Shown piece after piece: positions 24,565 through 37,939 of a DNA stretch of 64,000 bases (position 1 is the first letter of the stretch; the number at the start of each line of letters is the position of its first letter). A program made the position numbers and the translations under genes. The stretch spans positions 17,264,390-17,328,389 of the forward strand of contig NC_069002.1 of assembly GCF_001194135.2 (NCBI RefSeq), in the 5' to 3' direction. Source of the DNA: Octopus bimaculoides (lineage: Eukaryota). The notes below the pieces were generated by a model. It was given only the letters and a program-made list of their open reading frames with translations. It was not told the DNA's origin and ran no database searches.

Positions 24565-24910
24565 TTTTGGGCTCAGTGGTTTGAGTGTCAGGCTCACAAT
24601 CATGAGGTAGTGAGCTCAATTCCTGGACTAGGCTGTGTGTTGTGTTCTTGAGCAAGACACTTTATTTCATGTTGCTCCAGTTCACCCAGCTGTAGAAATG
24701 AAGAAATGAGTTGTGATGTCACTGGTGCCAAACAGTATCACCCTTTGCCTTTTTCTTAGATAACATTGGTGACGTGGAGAGAGGAGGCTGGTATGCATGG
24801 TCAGATGCTGGTCTTCCATAAACAACCTTGCCCAGATTTGTGCCTTGGAGTGTAACTTTCTAGGTGCAATCCCATGGTCTTTCATGACCAAAAGGGGGTC
24901 TTTTGCCCTT
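24565..24910 (+). mobile_element. SINE with the same head/core as 23575-23877 and a different tail
   Basis: GGCTCAGTGGTTTGAGTGTC..GAGCTCAATTCC..GTGTTCTTGAGCAAGACAC core. A related tail occurs at 41470-41720. Confidence 0.7.
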
Positions 24911-26581
24911 TTTAATTTTGATGATTATATTTCATTTAAATTATATTCATTAGCTAAAACAGTGACACATAATTTAGTCCAGGTGGATCAACATTGGTCC
25001 ATTCCAAAGTTTTAGTTTGTTACTGAGGGTTTTATGTTTTGTGTTGCATAATGCAATTAAAAGTAAATTTATATTAGGTACAGGCATGGATGTCTGATTA
25101 AGAAGTTTACTTCCCAACCATGTCGTTTCAGGTTCAATCTCACTGTGTAGTATCTTGGGCATGTGTCTTAGACTATAGCCCTAGTCGATTTGATGTATGG
25201 AAACAAAGAAGCCGGTCATGTATGTATCCATGCATATGTGTGTGTGTGTGTATGTATATATATATATATATAGTTAACATCCATGTTCCATATATGTATA
25301 TGGCTGCATGTGTGTGTTTCTCTCTCCCTTCTCTATCTTCTCTTGTGCAATTGTTGTAAATGAGTGTCATTGTCAATCAAGTGGTGTCATTCATTTCCAA
25401 TTATCTGCGAAAAATATGCTTGGCCATGGGAAAACAGGGGAGGGTTGGCAAGAAGAGCAACACAGCTGTAGAAAATCTGCCTCAATGAATTTCTGCCCAC
25501 CTCNNNNNNNNNNNNNNNNNNNNNNNNNNNNNNNNNNNNNNNNNNNNNNNNNNNNNNNNNNNNNNNNNNNNNNNNNNNNNNNNNNNNNNNNNNNNNNNNN
25601 NNNNNNNNNNNNNNNNNNNNNNNNNNNNNNNNNNNNNNNNNNNNNNNNNNNNNNNNNNNNNNNNNNNNNNNNNNNNNNNNNNNNNNNNNNNNNNNNNNNN
25701 NNNNNNNNNNNNNNNNNNNNNNNNNNNNNNNNNNATATTGACTGTTTATTTACTCTAGTGAATAAAATATGATCTCCCTAGCCAACAAAGAGAACATCAA
25801 TGCAATCATTCAACATACTAGAAATAACAACCAAATCTCTATCGAATTAACACTGCTGTCTTAGAAAGAAAATAAAGAAAACAGGGTGGTCACAGATGGA
25901 GTGATTTTGATTACAGGTCTGTTCAGTTGGGGCTGAAGTACAACAATCTGATGTCCTCTTATTAACTGTGGAATAGTTATCATCACATCATCATCATCGT
26001 TTAACGTCTATTTTCCATGCTGGCATAGGTTGGACAGTTATATTACTTAATATTTATGGTTTTATTATTCAATGTGTCTCTTCTTTAAGAGTCAGCCATT
26101 TGAGGGAGATTTGGCTGCTATATTTTCATGTTGACCATGTAGATGCTCTCTTGTTGATTCCTTATAACGCTTCTTGCATATGATTTCCATTTTAGAAATG
26201 TAAAAGGTGATATTAGTGAAAGATTTGGCTGTTCATTTGAATTGTATATAACTCCAGAAAGTCAGTCTCCTTTGCTGTCTTGTCTATGTCGATGCCACTA
26301 GAGATGAACATTAAAGAACTACATAGCAAAGCAAACACAACACACTCTGATTGCTACACCACAATACACGACAGTGTACAATAAAAACCAACAAAGGAGC
26401 CTCTACATTAGCAGTACCCAACTTTTTCACTATCAAAATCCCACTAATTATGTAAATGAATTTTCGTACAGACCCCAGGACTTTGAAAGGTCTGTCAACT
26501 CAACAAGTTTTGAACTCAGCTCAAGAACCTCCAGTACTTTCTTGTCTGGCAAGTAACTTGATCTGAGATGGTATTTTGAAA

Positions 26582-26810
26582 TTAACTCTTTAGCATTTAA
26601 AGTAGCCATATCTGACCAAAATATTCTTCCTGTTTTATGTTCAAACTGGCCAGACCCAGTCTCTCACACCTACCCTATAATGTTAGTCTAAAAGCTATAC
26701 AGTCACGCAATTGAAATCTCAAAGCTACAAGATAATGCCAGATAAATTCAAAACAATGTGGATAGATAAGTGTTATATTTGATAGAATAATCTGAATGCT
26801 AAAGGGTTAA
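26582..26810. mobile_element. ~230-bp TTAA-flanked MITE (piggyBac-like termini)
   Basis: TTAAC(T/C)CTTTAGCATT ... AATGCTAAAGGGTTAA. Other copies lie at 34616-34843, 41770-41995 and, partially, 49048-49134. Confidence 0.85.
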
Positions 26811-28254
26811 AGCATATAGTGATGCATCTGCATGATGCTACTTCCATTGGGCTACAACTTTATAAAGTTATAGAATTCTGTTGGTTTTTACTTTGCTTCT
26901 AACAAAGAAAATTGACTCTATTACTCATTGAAATTCTTAAAACAAAGTTTTGAAAATCAACTCAGTTAATGTTGATTATATTAATGGTAATTATTTTATT
27001 AAATTTATGATTTATGTAGTTGTACTTGTTTGACAAATGTGTGTTGAAACTAAAGCAAATATACTGTGAAAGAGCCATTTTAGTGACTTAAGAACACAAG
27101 ACTGTTATGATCTTTAAACTGTTAAATAAAGTTTTCATTTGTTTTAATTTTGTGTATTCACAAAAAAAAAAAAAAAGCTGTAAGTGATCTGTTAGAAACA
27201 GCAGCCAAATTTCTCCAAAATCACACCCATAAAAGACTCATTGGATAATGTTATCCAGTTTACACCACCTCATAATTGGAACATCTTTTATCTTAGATCT
27301 ACTCAATAGTGGTTGAGTAATGATGAAACAATAACAGTATACAATAAGTTCTGAGAAGAGACTGTGTAGTTGAGTATATCTAGGCCTGTTTCTAAATGTT
27401 TGGTGAGCTTTATCTTTAACCTATTATTTAACTACAAATTTGTGCTTATCCCACCTAGAGATTGAAATCACATTATCTCATCCTCACAAACTATATCCAA
27501 CCTTTAACCTGTTGGTATGCTCACCTAACTACAAAGGCTTCTGAACCTGCTAGCTTTAGGCTCTCTAATTTTTACAGATCTGATACAACTGTCCTTCATT
27601 GTATCTTAATTCCTTCCATCCTTCTTTTCTGGGACTATATTGTTCCGTTGCTCTTTCTCTATTCACTGAACCAATGAATAGAAACAATGCTAATCATTAC
27701 AGGTATTACATTTTACCCACCTTGCTTGTCTCACTGCTCCTCTCAATACACACTTCATGATACCTTCAAGTCTAGCTTCTTTGAAAATAAGAAATTTTGA
27801 ACGGTAAAAAGATTCCTACCATTTTTGTTCCTCAGTGTTTAGAATTGTTCTGAATATGATATTGTGAGAGTAGGATCTAATTACATTGTATCTTTTATTC
27901 TTCCTACCCAATCCAGACAACATATCAGCTAGATAAACTTTGCATATGGCAACAGTTTGGTTGATTTTACTAATGAAGGCTTCTTTAGTGGAGAATAGTG
28001 AAGAGAGAGACAGAGAGAGTGTGTTGAAGTTATTTTTTGTGTTTCATTTGATTTAAGATGGTTTTGAGAGAGATTTTTAAATGTTCCAGGTATTTCAACA
28101 TGTCACTACTTGTGCAAATTGGAATAAATACCAATAACACAAACTTTCTGCTCTACATGAACTGGTTTTTTAGCTTAAAAAATGATATATAATCTCCCAT
28201 CATTGGGGAATTCATGTATTTCTGCATGAATTGTCACGTAACACCTATTATTTC

Positions 28255-29140
28255 GAATTTGAACTCATAACGTCAAGGCAGACGAAATACCACTAAGCAT
28301 TTCACCCGGTATGCTAACCGTTCTGCCAGCTTGCTGCCTTCATAATAATAATGATGATGATGATGATTTAGGCATCAGGCCAGCAAATTTTGAGAGAAGA
28401 CGTTAGTTGAGACTATTGACCCCAGTACTTCATTCATAGTTATTTTATCAAGTGTGATAGGACGAAAATAAAGTGGATCTTGATAGGATTCCAAACCAGA
28501 ATGTAAAGCATTTTTCCTACACTCTGATGATTCTGCCAGTTCACTACCTTGAAAATAATAATAATAATTCTTTCTAATTATTGCACAAGACTAGCAATTT
28601 TGAAAGGAGGAGGGGGTGCAAGTCAGTTACACTAACCCTAATACTTGACTGGTACTTTATTTTATCAACCCTGAGAGGACCTCTGAGAAATTTGAAGTTG
28701 GAACATAAACAAATGCCACTGAGCATTTCTGTTGAGCTAACAATTCTGCCAACTCACTGACTTAATCCTTTCTGCTGTAGGCACAAGGCCTGAAATTTTG
28801 GGGGAGGGAGTTAATTGATTAAATCAACTCCAGTATTCAACTGGTACTTATTTTATTGACCCCGGAAGGATGAAAGGCAAAGTCAGCCGCAGTGGCATTT
28901 GAACTCAGAATGTACAGCAAGAAGAAATGCCACTAAATGTTTTGCCCAACTTGGTAATGATTCTGCCAGCTCACCACAACAATAATAACAATCCTTTCTA
29001 CTATAGGCACAAAGCCTGCAGTTTTGGAGGAGGAGTAGGGAGGCTAGTCAATTGCATTAACCTCAGTGCTTAACTGGTACATACTTTATTAACCCCAAAA
29101 GGATAAAAGGCAAAGTTGACTTTAGCAAAATTTGAACTTA
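28255..29140 (-). mobile_element. head-to-tail chain of ~4 AAT-tailed tRNA-SINE copies
   Basis: The module AATCCTTTCTACTATAGGCACAAGGCCTGAAATTT..GGTACTT..GAAAGGCAAAGT..GAATTTGAACTCAGAA..TTCTGCCAGCTC is repeated and separated by (AAT)n. Confidence 0.85.
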
Positions 29141-30248
29141 GACAAGACACGACAGAAGTAAATAGACTCCCTTGTAATCGTTAAAATTTATTTAAATCTG
29201 AAATTATACATTCAAATTATTTAATTATTATAATGTGAATATCTAATATTTAGTTGACATGCCCTTTGCATTTTTCAGTTCATGGACCCTATTACAAAGT
29301 GTCCTGTCCATTATGCCCCAGAGGTGTTCAATAGGGTTCATATCTGGTGACTGGCTTAGCCATGGAAGCTTTCTAATGCCATTCTCTTCCAACCAACCTT
29401 GGGTCTTTTTAACAATATGGCAAAGAGCCTCATCTTCCATAAATACAGTCTTCTTTAATCATTTCACCACTGGGGAAGATTGGAAGAAGTCCTTTCTGCA
29501 ATATGGTCACATATTTATCTGAGTTTATCTTTCCCTCACACTCCACCAGCTCTGATTGACCATTACTCCAAATTGCTCCCCAGACCGTCATAGAATAACC
29601 ACCATGTTTCATTGTTGGCTGCAACCTTTTTACATCAATTTCTTGATCACAGAGTCTCCAGACCCACACTTGACCATTGTCAGAAAATACAGCAAATCTG
29701 GACTCATCAGAGAATATGAGTGCCCCAAAATGCTAGTGACTTCTCCACCATCTCACTGGCCCAATCTTTTCTCTGCTTTCTATTGATTGGTCAAAGAAGT
29801 GGTTTCCTTCTTGCTGCTCTGCCATAGTAACCAAGTTTGTGAAGATACCTGACAGCTGTTCTCAGACTGACATCAACATGTTTTGCTATGCCAGAGGCCT
29901 TGCAATGAGGATTATCCTCCACATGTCTCTTAACAAAGCGAAGGGTCCTGTCAGAGGGCCCTGGTTAACCTGGACAAAGTAATGTGAACTCCTCCTCTCT
30001 GGTGAATTGCACAATCATTCTATTAACTGTAGAAAGTGGGATCCCAATGTTATCTGTGATTTTACTCTAAGTCCACCTTCAAATTGACCCACAATATGGC
30101 CTCTTTGGAATTCGGACATGATTAAACAGTCACATATAGAACCTGAAACATAAAAATGTCAATTAATAAAAAATATATACCTTTCCAAATTAAAATAAAC
30201 ATAAAACGATATTTTATGAGGTGTCTATTTACTTCTGTCATGTCTGTG
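29141..30248 (-). mobile_element. Tc1-family transposon with both TIRs (decayed transposase)
   Basis: TIRs GAC(A/G)..GACAGAAGTAAATAGAC at both ends, with TA at 29139-40 and 30249-50. Peptides PTMKHGGYSMTVWGAI and WLSQSPDMNPIEHLW (DD34E-type). Confidence 0.92.
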
Positions 30249-30573
30249 TAGATGTAAAGAGATGAAATGCCACTGAGCTAACAATTCTGCCAGCTCACTG
30301 CTTTCTTAATAATAATAATAACAATAATAATAATAATAATAATCCTTTCTACTATATGCACATGGCCTGGATCTTGTGGGGAGGGGAACAGTCGATCACA
30401 ACGACCCCAGTGTTTCACTGGTACTTAATTTATCGATCCTGAAAGGATGAAAGGCAAAGTCGACCTTGGGGGAATTTGAACTCAGAACATAGTGACAGAT
30501 GAAATATTGCTAAGCATTTCACTCAGTGTGCTAATGATTCTGCCAGCTCGCCACCTTAATAATAATGATGATG

Positions 30574-30608
<35 letters not shown>

Positions 30609-30640
30609 CCTATCTACTATAGGCACAAGGCCTGAAATTT
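30249..30640 (-). mobile_element. continuation of the AAT-tailed SINE chain
   Basis: Remainder of the SINE split by the Tc1 element, plus a full copy at ~30340-30560 and a partial copy. Confidence 0.85.
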
Positions 30641-33600
30641 GATGATAATGATAATGATTTCTTTTATTGGCCACAAGGACTCAAGACATGGAGGATAATA
30701 TTGAAAGACTAATCACAACACACAAAAGCAGGTGGGGTTTACATCAATCAAAGGGACAAACAACCACATTAAAGACTATAACAAAGGATGTATAATAGAA
30801 ATTAGTGAAATAAGTAATTAATAATGATGTCAATTGTAATAGTAAAGAAACTTGATCAAGATTCAAGGTAAAGTGAAAAAAAATTATTTTGAACGCTGTG
30901 TGTTAATCATTACACAATCTACTTTGCAGAGTTGTTGGTGTTATAACAAATAGAATAGTCATTCGCATTAATTATTATCATACATTTTGATTAAAAAGAA
31001 AATAAAAATGGGTTAATACTTTCATGTTAACCTTATATTACCTGATAGAGAGTGTCAAGTTGACATCTCTATCTGTCGATAGTCATTTGGTATTCTTTGT
31101 GTGGTGGATGTCGATTAGTCAGTCTTGTTTGCAGTCCTCATTTTGTCAGAATGAGTAGAAGTCAATGTGGACAAGTTAATAAAGTGTTAGACATTTCACA
31201 AAAGAAAAACTGGTTTAGTATTTATTTATAATCAGTAATGTTTTCAGTCAACTGTTTGATAATGTAAAGCTAAAATGCTGTGAAACAGCATTTCAGTTTC
31301 ATTACTCAAAGCACATATGTTTGATTGCATCATAATAGACAGAAATCAAGTTCATTTCATCACTTCATTTAACATCTGTTTTACATACTGGCATGGGCTG
31401 GATGGCTCAACAGGCTGGCAAGTCAGAAGACTGCACCAAACCCTACTACCTGCTTCAGAACAGTTTCTCTGACTGAATGCCTTTCCTAACACAACCACTT
31501 TACAAACTGCACTGGTTTTATATTTACAACTATTTTAAAGTTATAAAACACTCCAATTATATATTTAAAAAATTTTGTTTGCAAGGGTTTTTATTTAAAA
31601 TTAAGAGTTGAAAACACAATTTGTTTTATTCGAGAAGTCATAATTGAAAAAACACCTATAAACACACTAATCAGTTGTTCCTTGCCTATATTTCATTGTT
31701 CTTTCATTTTGAAAACTGCTGATGCTTGTTCATGTTTTTCAAAATATTTTTTGCTCCACTAATCTGTAGCTTTCTCAATAGAAAAGTCAAATATTGACAA
31801 ACAACAACTGGCTACGATGAATCAACGGAACAACCTGCTCATGAAATTAACACGAAAGTGACTGAGCACTCTGCAGACATGTGTACCTTTAATGTAGGTC
31901 TCAGAGAAATTCAGTGTGACACAGAATGTAACAAGATTAGCTTGTCAGCTGGGTGGGCTGGAGTAACATGAAATAAAGTGTTTTAATGAAGGATACAGTG
32001 TGCTACTGAGAATCAAGCTCATGACCTTACAATTGTGAGGTGAATACCCTAACTACTAAGCTACAATTTGTATAAATCTAACTAGCCCCCTGTGAATTAT
32101 ACCATTCTTGGGTGGAATCAAGCTTCTGTCATTCTCTAGTTTGAAGCCAACAAATATTACAAATGGGAGAAAGGATCAACATCATGTATTTTATCCCCAA
32201 ACTAAAATCAAGACATTGAATATTTGCAGTACTGTAGTAAAGTTGTAAAACCAAAAGAAATTGAGTTTTTTTTGTTTTCCCAATTTTTATAAAACTAATT
32301 AAGTCTACTGCTCATGCTAACACACACATACACACACACACAATACACATACACATACACACGCGTCCTTTAGAAGAGTCCTCGATTCACTGACTCAGTA
32401 AGTAAACCATTATCTCTCCTGTGTTTGACTGTTTCCATTGTGAGTAACAATAGGTCATCTAAGGTTAAATATCTGTAAATACCATGACAGTCTACTTTGT
32501 AACTGTAATTAGTTTAATGCAAGCCAGCAGTTCTCAGTAATTGACTAAAGTGATTCAATGTTTTAATTTAAAAAAGTAAAAAGTTTAAAAAACCCTGAAA
32601 TAAACACAAAGCAAAATAGCAATTTAACTGTCCAGAACCAACCCAATAAAATTAAGTTTTCTTTAAGACCTATCTTTTTCTAAGAAATTCCATTCATTCG
32701 GAGCCTGAAAATTTCTATGCGTTGACCTTTTGAATAATTGTCTTTTTTTTAAAATCAATTCTTATTCACAGTGTAATTTAGTTGTGGATGACTGGACTTT
32801 AGTTCCAAATCCAAGTGCCATAAGGTAGACATAAGCTCTGAACAACCTGAAATTGGCCTGCAGACTCAGGCAGCATGTCTTTTATATCACTGAAGTTCAT
32901 GACAGTGGCAGGAACATCTTAGAATCTCATTTCATTTCTCAGTAAATTTATTTCTTGCTTCCATATTTCTGTTGAAATTATACTGTCTTTGTTTCAATTA
33001 ATTTTAAGAATGATGAGTAATTTAGTAAAATGACTGTCGTTATTAAGCTGGTGTGTGTGTGTGTGTGGGTGGGGGGGTCATAAATTAACACGAAATTTTG
33101 ATGGTTTTAATTTAGATCACTTTAAAACAAGAAGTTCGATCATAGAACCAAAAGTGATCGTGGGTGTAGTTACGCTTGTTCGTTTTTACAATGGAGGTTT
33201 TCAGGAGGATGATCAAAGTGTTTTCATTGCCCACCCAAAATTTTAGGGGGTACACTTACATCCCCTGCACCCTCTGTTTCCAAGGCTAATATTTGGAGGT
33301 AACAAAGTTTTGTTTTTGAAAAATTTCCTATTGAAATACATCTTTTGATACCAACCTGCCATCATGTTAATTTATGTTCCTTTTACCAGCTTAATAACGG
33401 CAAAATTATTTTACTTAAATTTTTCACTATTTTCAAACAAAAGCAATCTGTTGCAACAGAAATATGGTTACATATCTGTTACATCATACTTGAAATAACG
33501 ATGTTTGTGTTCCATATTGGGTGCTAATGTAATGGGCATACATCTTCAACATAATATCATTTTATGCTAATTTTCCCTGCTGTTATGGTTTGGATGGTTT

Positions 33601-34615
33601 GACAGGATCCAACAGATTGGAGAACCATGTCTTACTTCAATGTCACAGTTTTGGCATGGTTTCTACAGCTGGATGCCCTTTTCATTACCAATCACTTTAC
33701 ATGGTATACTGGATACATTTGTTTTTTTTTTCTTTTGTGGCACCAGCGCCATAGAGGTTGTCTTACTATCAGCAAGATTAAAGAGACTGCATGCTTTTTA
33801 GTGGCACCAGCACTAGTGGGGTTACCTTGTATCTCCCAAGGCAAAACAGATGAATGGAACAGATTTATTGTTGTGCTGCTCTCTTGCAAGACACCTATTT
33901 CTGTTCTTCTATTCATAACATCTCATCACCTGTCACTAAGCCACCTCCCTCAATACGATTCCCACTTCAGTTTAGGGGTTTTTGTCTTGCAAGTTACCTG
34001 CTGACCTCACTATTTCTGGTACCACATAAAAAGCATCCATTACACTCTGTAAAGTGGTTGTCATTAGGAAGGGCATGGAACCATAGAAACTATGCCAAAG
34101 CAGACAGCAGTGCTTGGCACAGCCTTCTGACCTGCCAGCTCCTGTCAAACCATTCAACCATGCCAGCATGGAGGGAGGACGTTAAATGATGATGATGAGA
34201 GGATGGCAGCAGAGGAAGTAAGGATGTTATTTTTAAGTATTTTTACTCGTTTAAGAAATTATTTATTTTGATTTATCTGGTGAAAGCAAAATTATATTTT
34301 CTTTTTATTTTCTGTCAGTCTGTTTACTAAAAGACCAGTAGTATCGTTTGTAAACCCTTGCTATTAATAGCCGTCTGTCTTACCTACAAAAGAGAACTAT
34401 ATCAGCCAAAAGAGAAACTTCCATTAAGATTAAAGACTTCTCCTTTGATCAAAAAGTCATCATCTTGAAATATTTGACCTTAAACAGACTTCAGTCTTGC
34501 AAAGAGAAGTGTGGGGAGGTGGTGTAAGGAAGAGGAGTGGCAGTACTTGTTATTGTTTGAAGATCCCAGACTTGTAAAATCAATATAGTTGGTGTGCAAT
34601 TTGAACTGCTGAAGA

Positions 34616-34843
34616 TTAATCCTTTAGCATTTAAACCAGCCAAATCTGGCCAAAATATTCTATCCATTTTATGTACACAGTGGCCAGATTTGGCCTCTCA
34701 CACTAACCCTATAATGTCATTCTAATTATTAACAGTTACCTCATCAAAACCTCAATGCTACAAGATAATGAATGATTAATTCAAAACAATATGAATAAAC
34801 TTGTATTACTTTTGACAGAATAATGTGAATGCTAAAGGGTTAA
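34616..34843. mobile_element. TTAA-flanked MITE copy
   Basis: Colinear with 26582-26810. Confidence 0.85.
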
Positions 34844-35109
34844 CATAAACTTTGTATGTGGTGTCGGTTGTAGGGCAGTGCTAAGGTGTAAGTTCTTTGT
34901 AGTTTTTTGAGAGGGAAGATTTGAAAATGTTTTTTTTTACCTTGGGCAGAGTTTTCTGCAAGTGAAGAAAATTAAGAGTGATGAGTTAAGAAGCAGCTGG
35001 AGTATGAGATGGATGGAAATAATATGGTGTCTGGTAGTTCAAAGATGAAGCTGCTATATTTGTAGGTGGAGACTGGGGAAAGCTTAGCATGGTTGTGAAT
35101 TAGTGGATA

Positions 35110-35236
35110 TTAACCTTTGGCACATTTAGGTGCATCATATCACTGTACAAATTTTCTCCCCTGTAGCTGTAGGCACATTGAGAGGGAAGAAAACTTATAT
35201 GGCAATTTGATGCACTTACAGCATGCTAAAGGTTAA
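35110..35236. mobile_element. small TTAA-flanked MITE
   Basis: TTAACCTTTGGCAC..GTGCATCA / TGATGCAC..GCTAAAGGTTAA inverted termini. Confidence 0.6.
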
Positions 35237-35299
35237 GACATAGACTACATTGTGTGCTAACGTTTTTTTAACAGATCATCATCATCTGGTCGAGCTTGC

Positions 35300-35800
35300 T
35301 CGAACATTTTTAACACATGCATGTTATCCATTTCGGTCCTGTATTAGTTGAGGGAGATTTTTGGGGAGCCATCCAGTGTCCCTGGTGAGTTGATCTACAT
35401 ATGTTGTGTTCAGATGACCTGAGTATGGCTGTGTTTTGGCATCCAAAGCAGTAGGTCACTTGCTAGCTTTTGTTTAGCTTACCATCCAGCAACTCATCAG
35501 TCACTGACTAATGGTAGATACAGACAAGAGATTTCCATACCGCTGTTTCTTGCCAAGATGAGTTCTCCAAGACATGTTGAAGACTGCTCACCACCCCAGA
35601 TAATGTGATCAGTACTCAGTGGATAATAATTTTGAGCTTTTTAAAGGGTTAGCAATCAATCATGAAATTACTTGAGATTATAGTGTAAAGGTGTTTGAGC
35701 CTAGAATGTAAATGCATTTATTTAGTGGACAACAGATTCTGCCATCTGTTACTCCTTTTTTGTATTAATAAATTGTAATATTGGTGTAAAATTTTTCAGC
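35300..35800 (-). mobile_element. decayed RTE-like LINE C-terminal fragment
   Basis: The minus-strand remnant TTYVDQLTRDTG resembles the TYxDQLxxDTG C-terminal motif. Confidence 0.45.
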
Positions 35801-36480
35801 AGTGGGCATGAGCAATGACATATGTCTGCTGTTTCTGACAGTGTGAAAGATCAGATAATGATAATCTTAGCCAAGACTGATTTAAACCACCTTAAATAGT
35901 CCTTTTTGCAGCTCAAAAGTCTTGTCCCACCAAAAGTTTTCCTGAGTCAGAGGAAGACATGGTCAGCATATCTGAGGGAGACAAGTGGGTACAGGTCTTG
36001 CTAGTCAGTCAGTAATGCTAAACTCAAAAGTCTTTATGGGTGCCCCCACTCCACCTGTAAGTTCAGTGGAAGATCATTGACTCCTTGTTGAATTCATCCA
36101 CTCTTATAGGCAGCTCTACATCCAATCAATGTGTCCATTGACCCTGCACACAGAAGAGTGAGAGCACAGAGTAGTGTTTATGGGTTAATCATTGATAGCC
36201 TGTCTACAAAACAGGCTGTATTGGTTTACATGATTGCTACTAGCAGATCATTTTTCAAGTGTGATTATGTTGAACCTCCTCCAAATATTTCTTGGAATTC
36301 AAATTGAAATCTTGGCAAACCTTTCCAAACTGTCAACTATTCAAAATCTGATGAGATGGTTGGTTGTGTAAGCCATATAATGCAATTCATGTTATGTAAT
36401 CCCACATTGTAAATAAATAAACAGCCATGCTACTGAAATGTATATAACATAATTTGAATGAAAACTATACCCTATTCATG

Positions 36481-36677
36481 ATTAATCGCTGACCAAACAC
36501 CATTCAATTTTTTTTCTCCGTGTTTTTCTCCTTGTTTTCTCCGTACTCTTTCTGCTGAAGAGTGTAGCTCGAAACGTTAAAGACTTTCTGTATTCCCGAG
36601 CATCAAACTAATACATCCTTTTGTTGTTTACACCACCTGTCCTCGTCTGTTGTTGTTTTTTTTCGTACATTCTCCCA
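36481..36677 (+). mobile_element. 197-bp insertion with perfect 15-bp TSD carrying a hammerhead-like motif
   Basis: TATACCCTATTCATG at 36466-36480 and 36678-36692. Internal TCTTT-CTGCTGA-A-GAGT(GTA)GCTC-GAAAC-GTT-AAAGA at 36547-36583. Confidence 0.8.
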
Positions 36678-37325
36678 TATACCCTATTCATGTTCCTTTA
36701 TTACTACTTTTACATTCTGTGACATGTACAGTAAATATTGTTACACACATTGGATTTGCAGAATATCTGCAAGTTGATATGGTGAGAGTATCATTGGAAT
36801 CCCTCCTGAGTACTCAGTTAGCCTAAGACATGCCTGAGTGCTGGTCATTTTTGGTACCTGTATTATAGACTCTCTCCCTCACCATTTCTCAAAGAGAAAA
36901 TCAAAAACTCAATCCTTGTGGGATTAGAACTCAGAACGTAGCAGAGTGAAATTAAATAACTGTAGATACACTATAGTGAATGAGTTAAATTTACTAGCGT
37001 GGAAGAAAAGAGAACTGGGCAGAGGGCCTGTTAACATAGACCTTCAAATTTTTATTTGTTCATTAAATCTATAATTATCGTTTATTCTGTTTACATTTGT
37101 TTGAGAATGATTTTTTTTATATATTCCTTTTTTATCATTATTACTATTTATTAAGGCAGTGAGCTGGCAGAGTTGTTTCTGTTCTGAGTTCAAATTCTGT
37201 CTAGTTTGATTTTTGCCTTTCATCCATTCAGGGTCAATAAAATAAAGTACCATTTGAGCAGTGGGGTCAATGTAATTGACTCAACACCTTTCCTTTAAAT
37301 TTCTTATTCCAAAATTTGAAACCAC

Positions 37326-37357
<32 letters not shown>

Positions 37358-37939
37358 ATATTTATTATCATTTTCTTTTTTTTGTTTCACTTCTTTTCCA
37401 GGAATGTATCAATAATTGATCTTTTTCAAAAGTAAGCCTGCTAGTTTTCATTTTGCTCCCTTACTCACTTCACTCTCCCTCTCTGCTTGTCAAACAACTT
37501 AATGTTTTTGTTGTTGCTTATTTCTCTCTGTCTGTTTGTTTCTCTCTCTCCCTCTCTCCCACACACACTTCTGACAATTGGAATGGGTATTCTTGTAGGT
37601 TAATTTTTCTTTATCTTTTAAAAAAACCCTTATTTTTTTTTCCGTTTCTTCCTAACTTTGAATCTCTTATTTCTAATCCATTTTCTCCTTTATTTTATAT
37701 TTTTTCTTTTTTATTCTTTTCGCCCCTCTTATTTTTATGCTTTTTTTCCACTTTTTAAATATTTTTTAATCTTTTTTCTCATTTTTTTAAAAAATAGAGT
37801 TAAATTATTTTGAAATTAAAATTTAAAAAGAGAAATTAATCCTAATTTTGTTAAATATGTTTCTCTAACAATTCTTTTATTTGTTTTTGCTCATTTTTCT
37901 GTATTTTGTCCAACTTTTGTTTAATGTAATTATGTAGTT

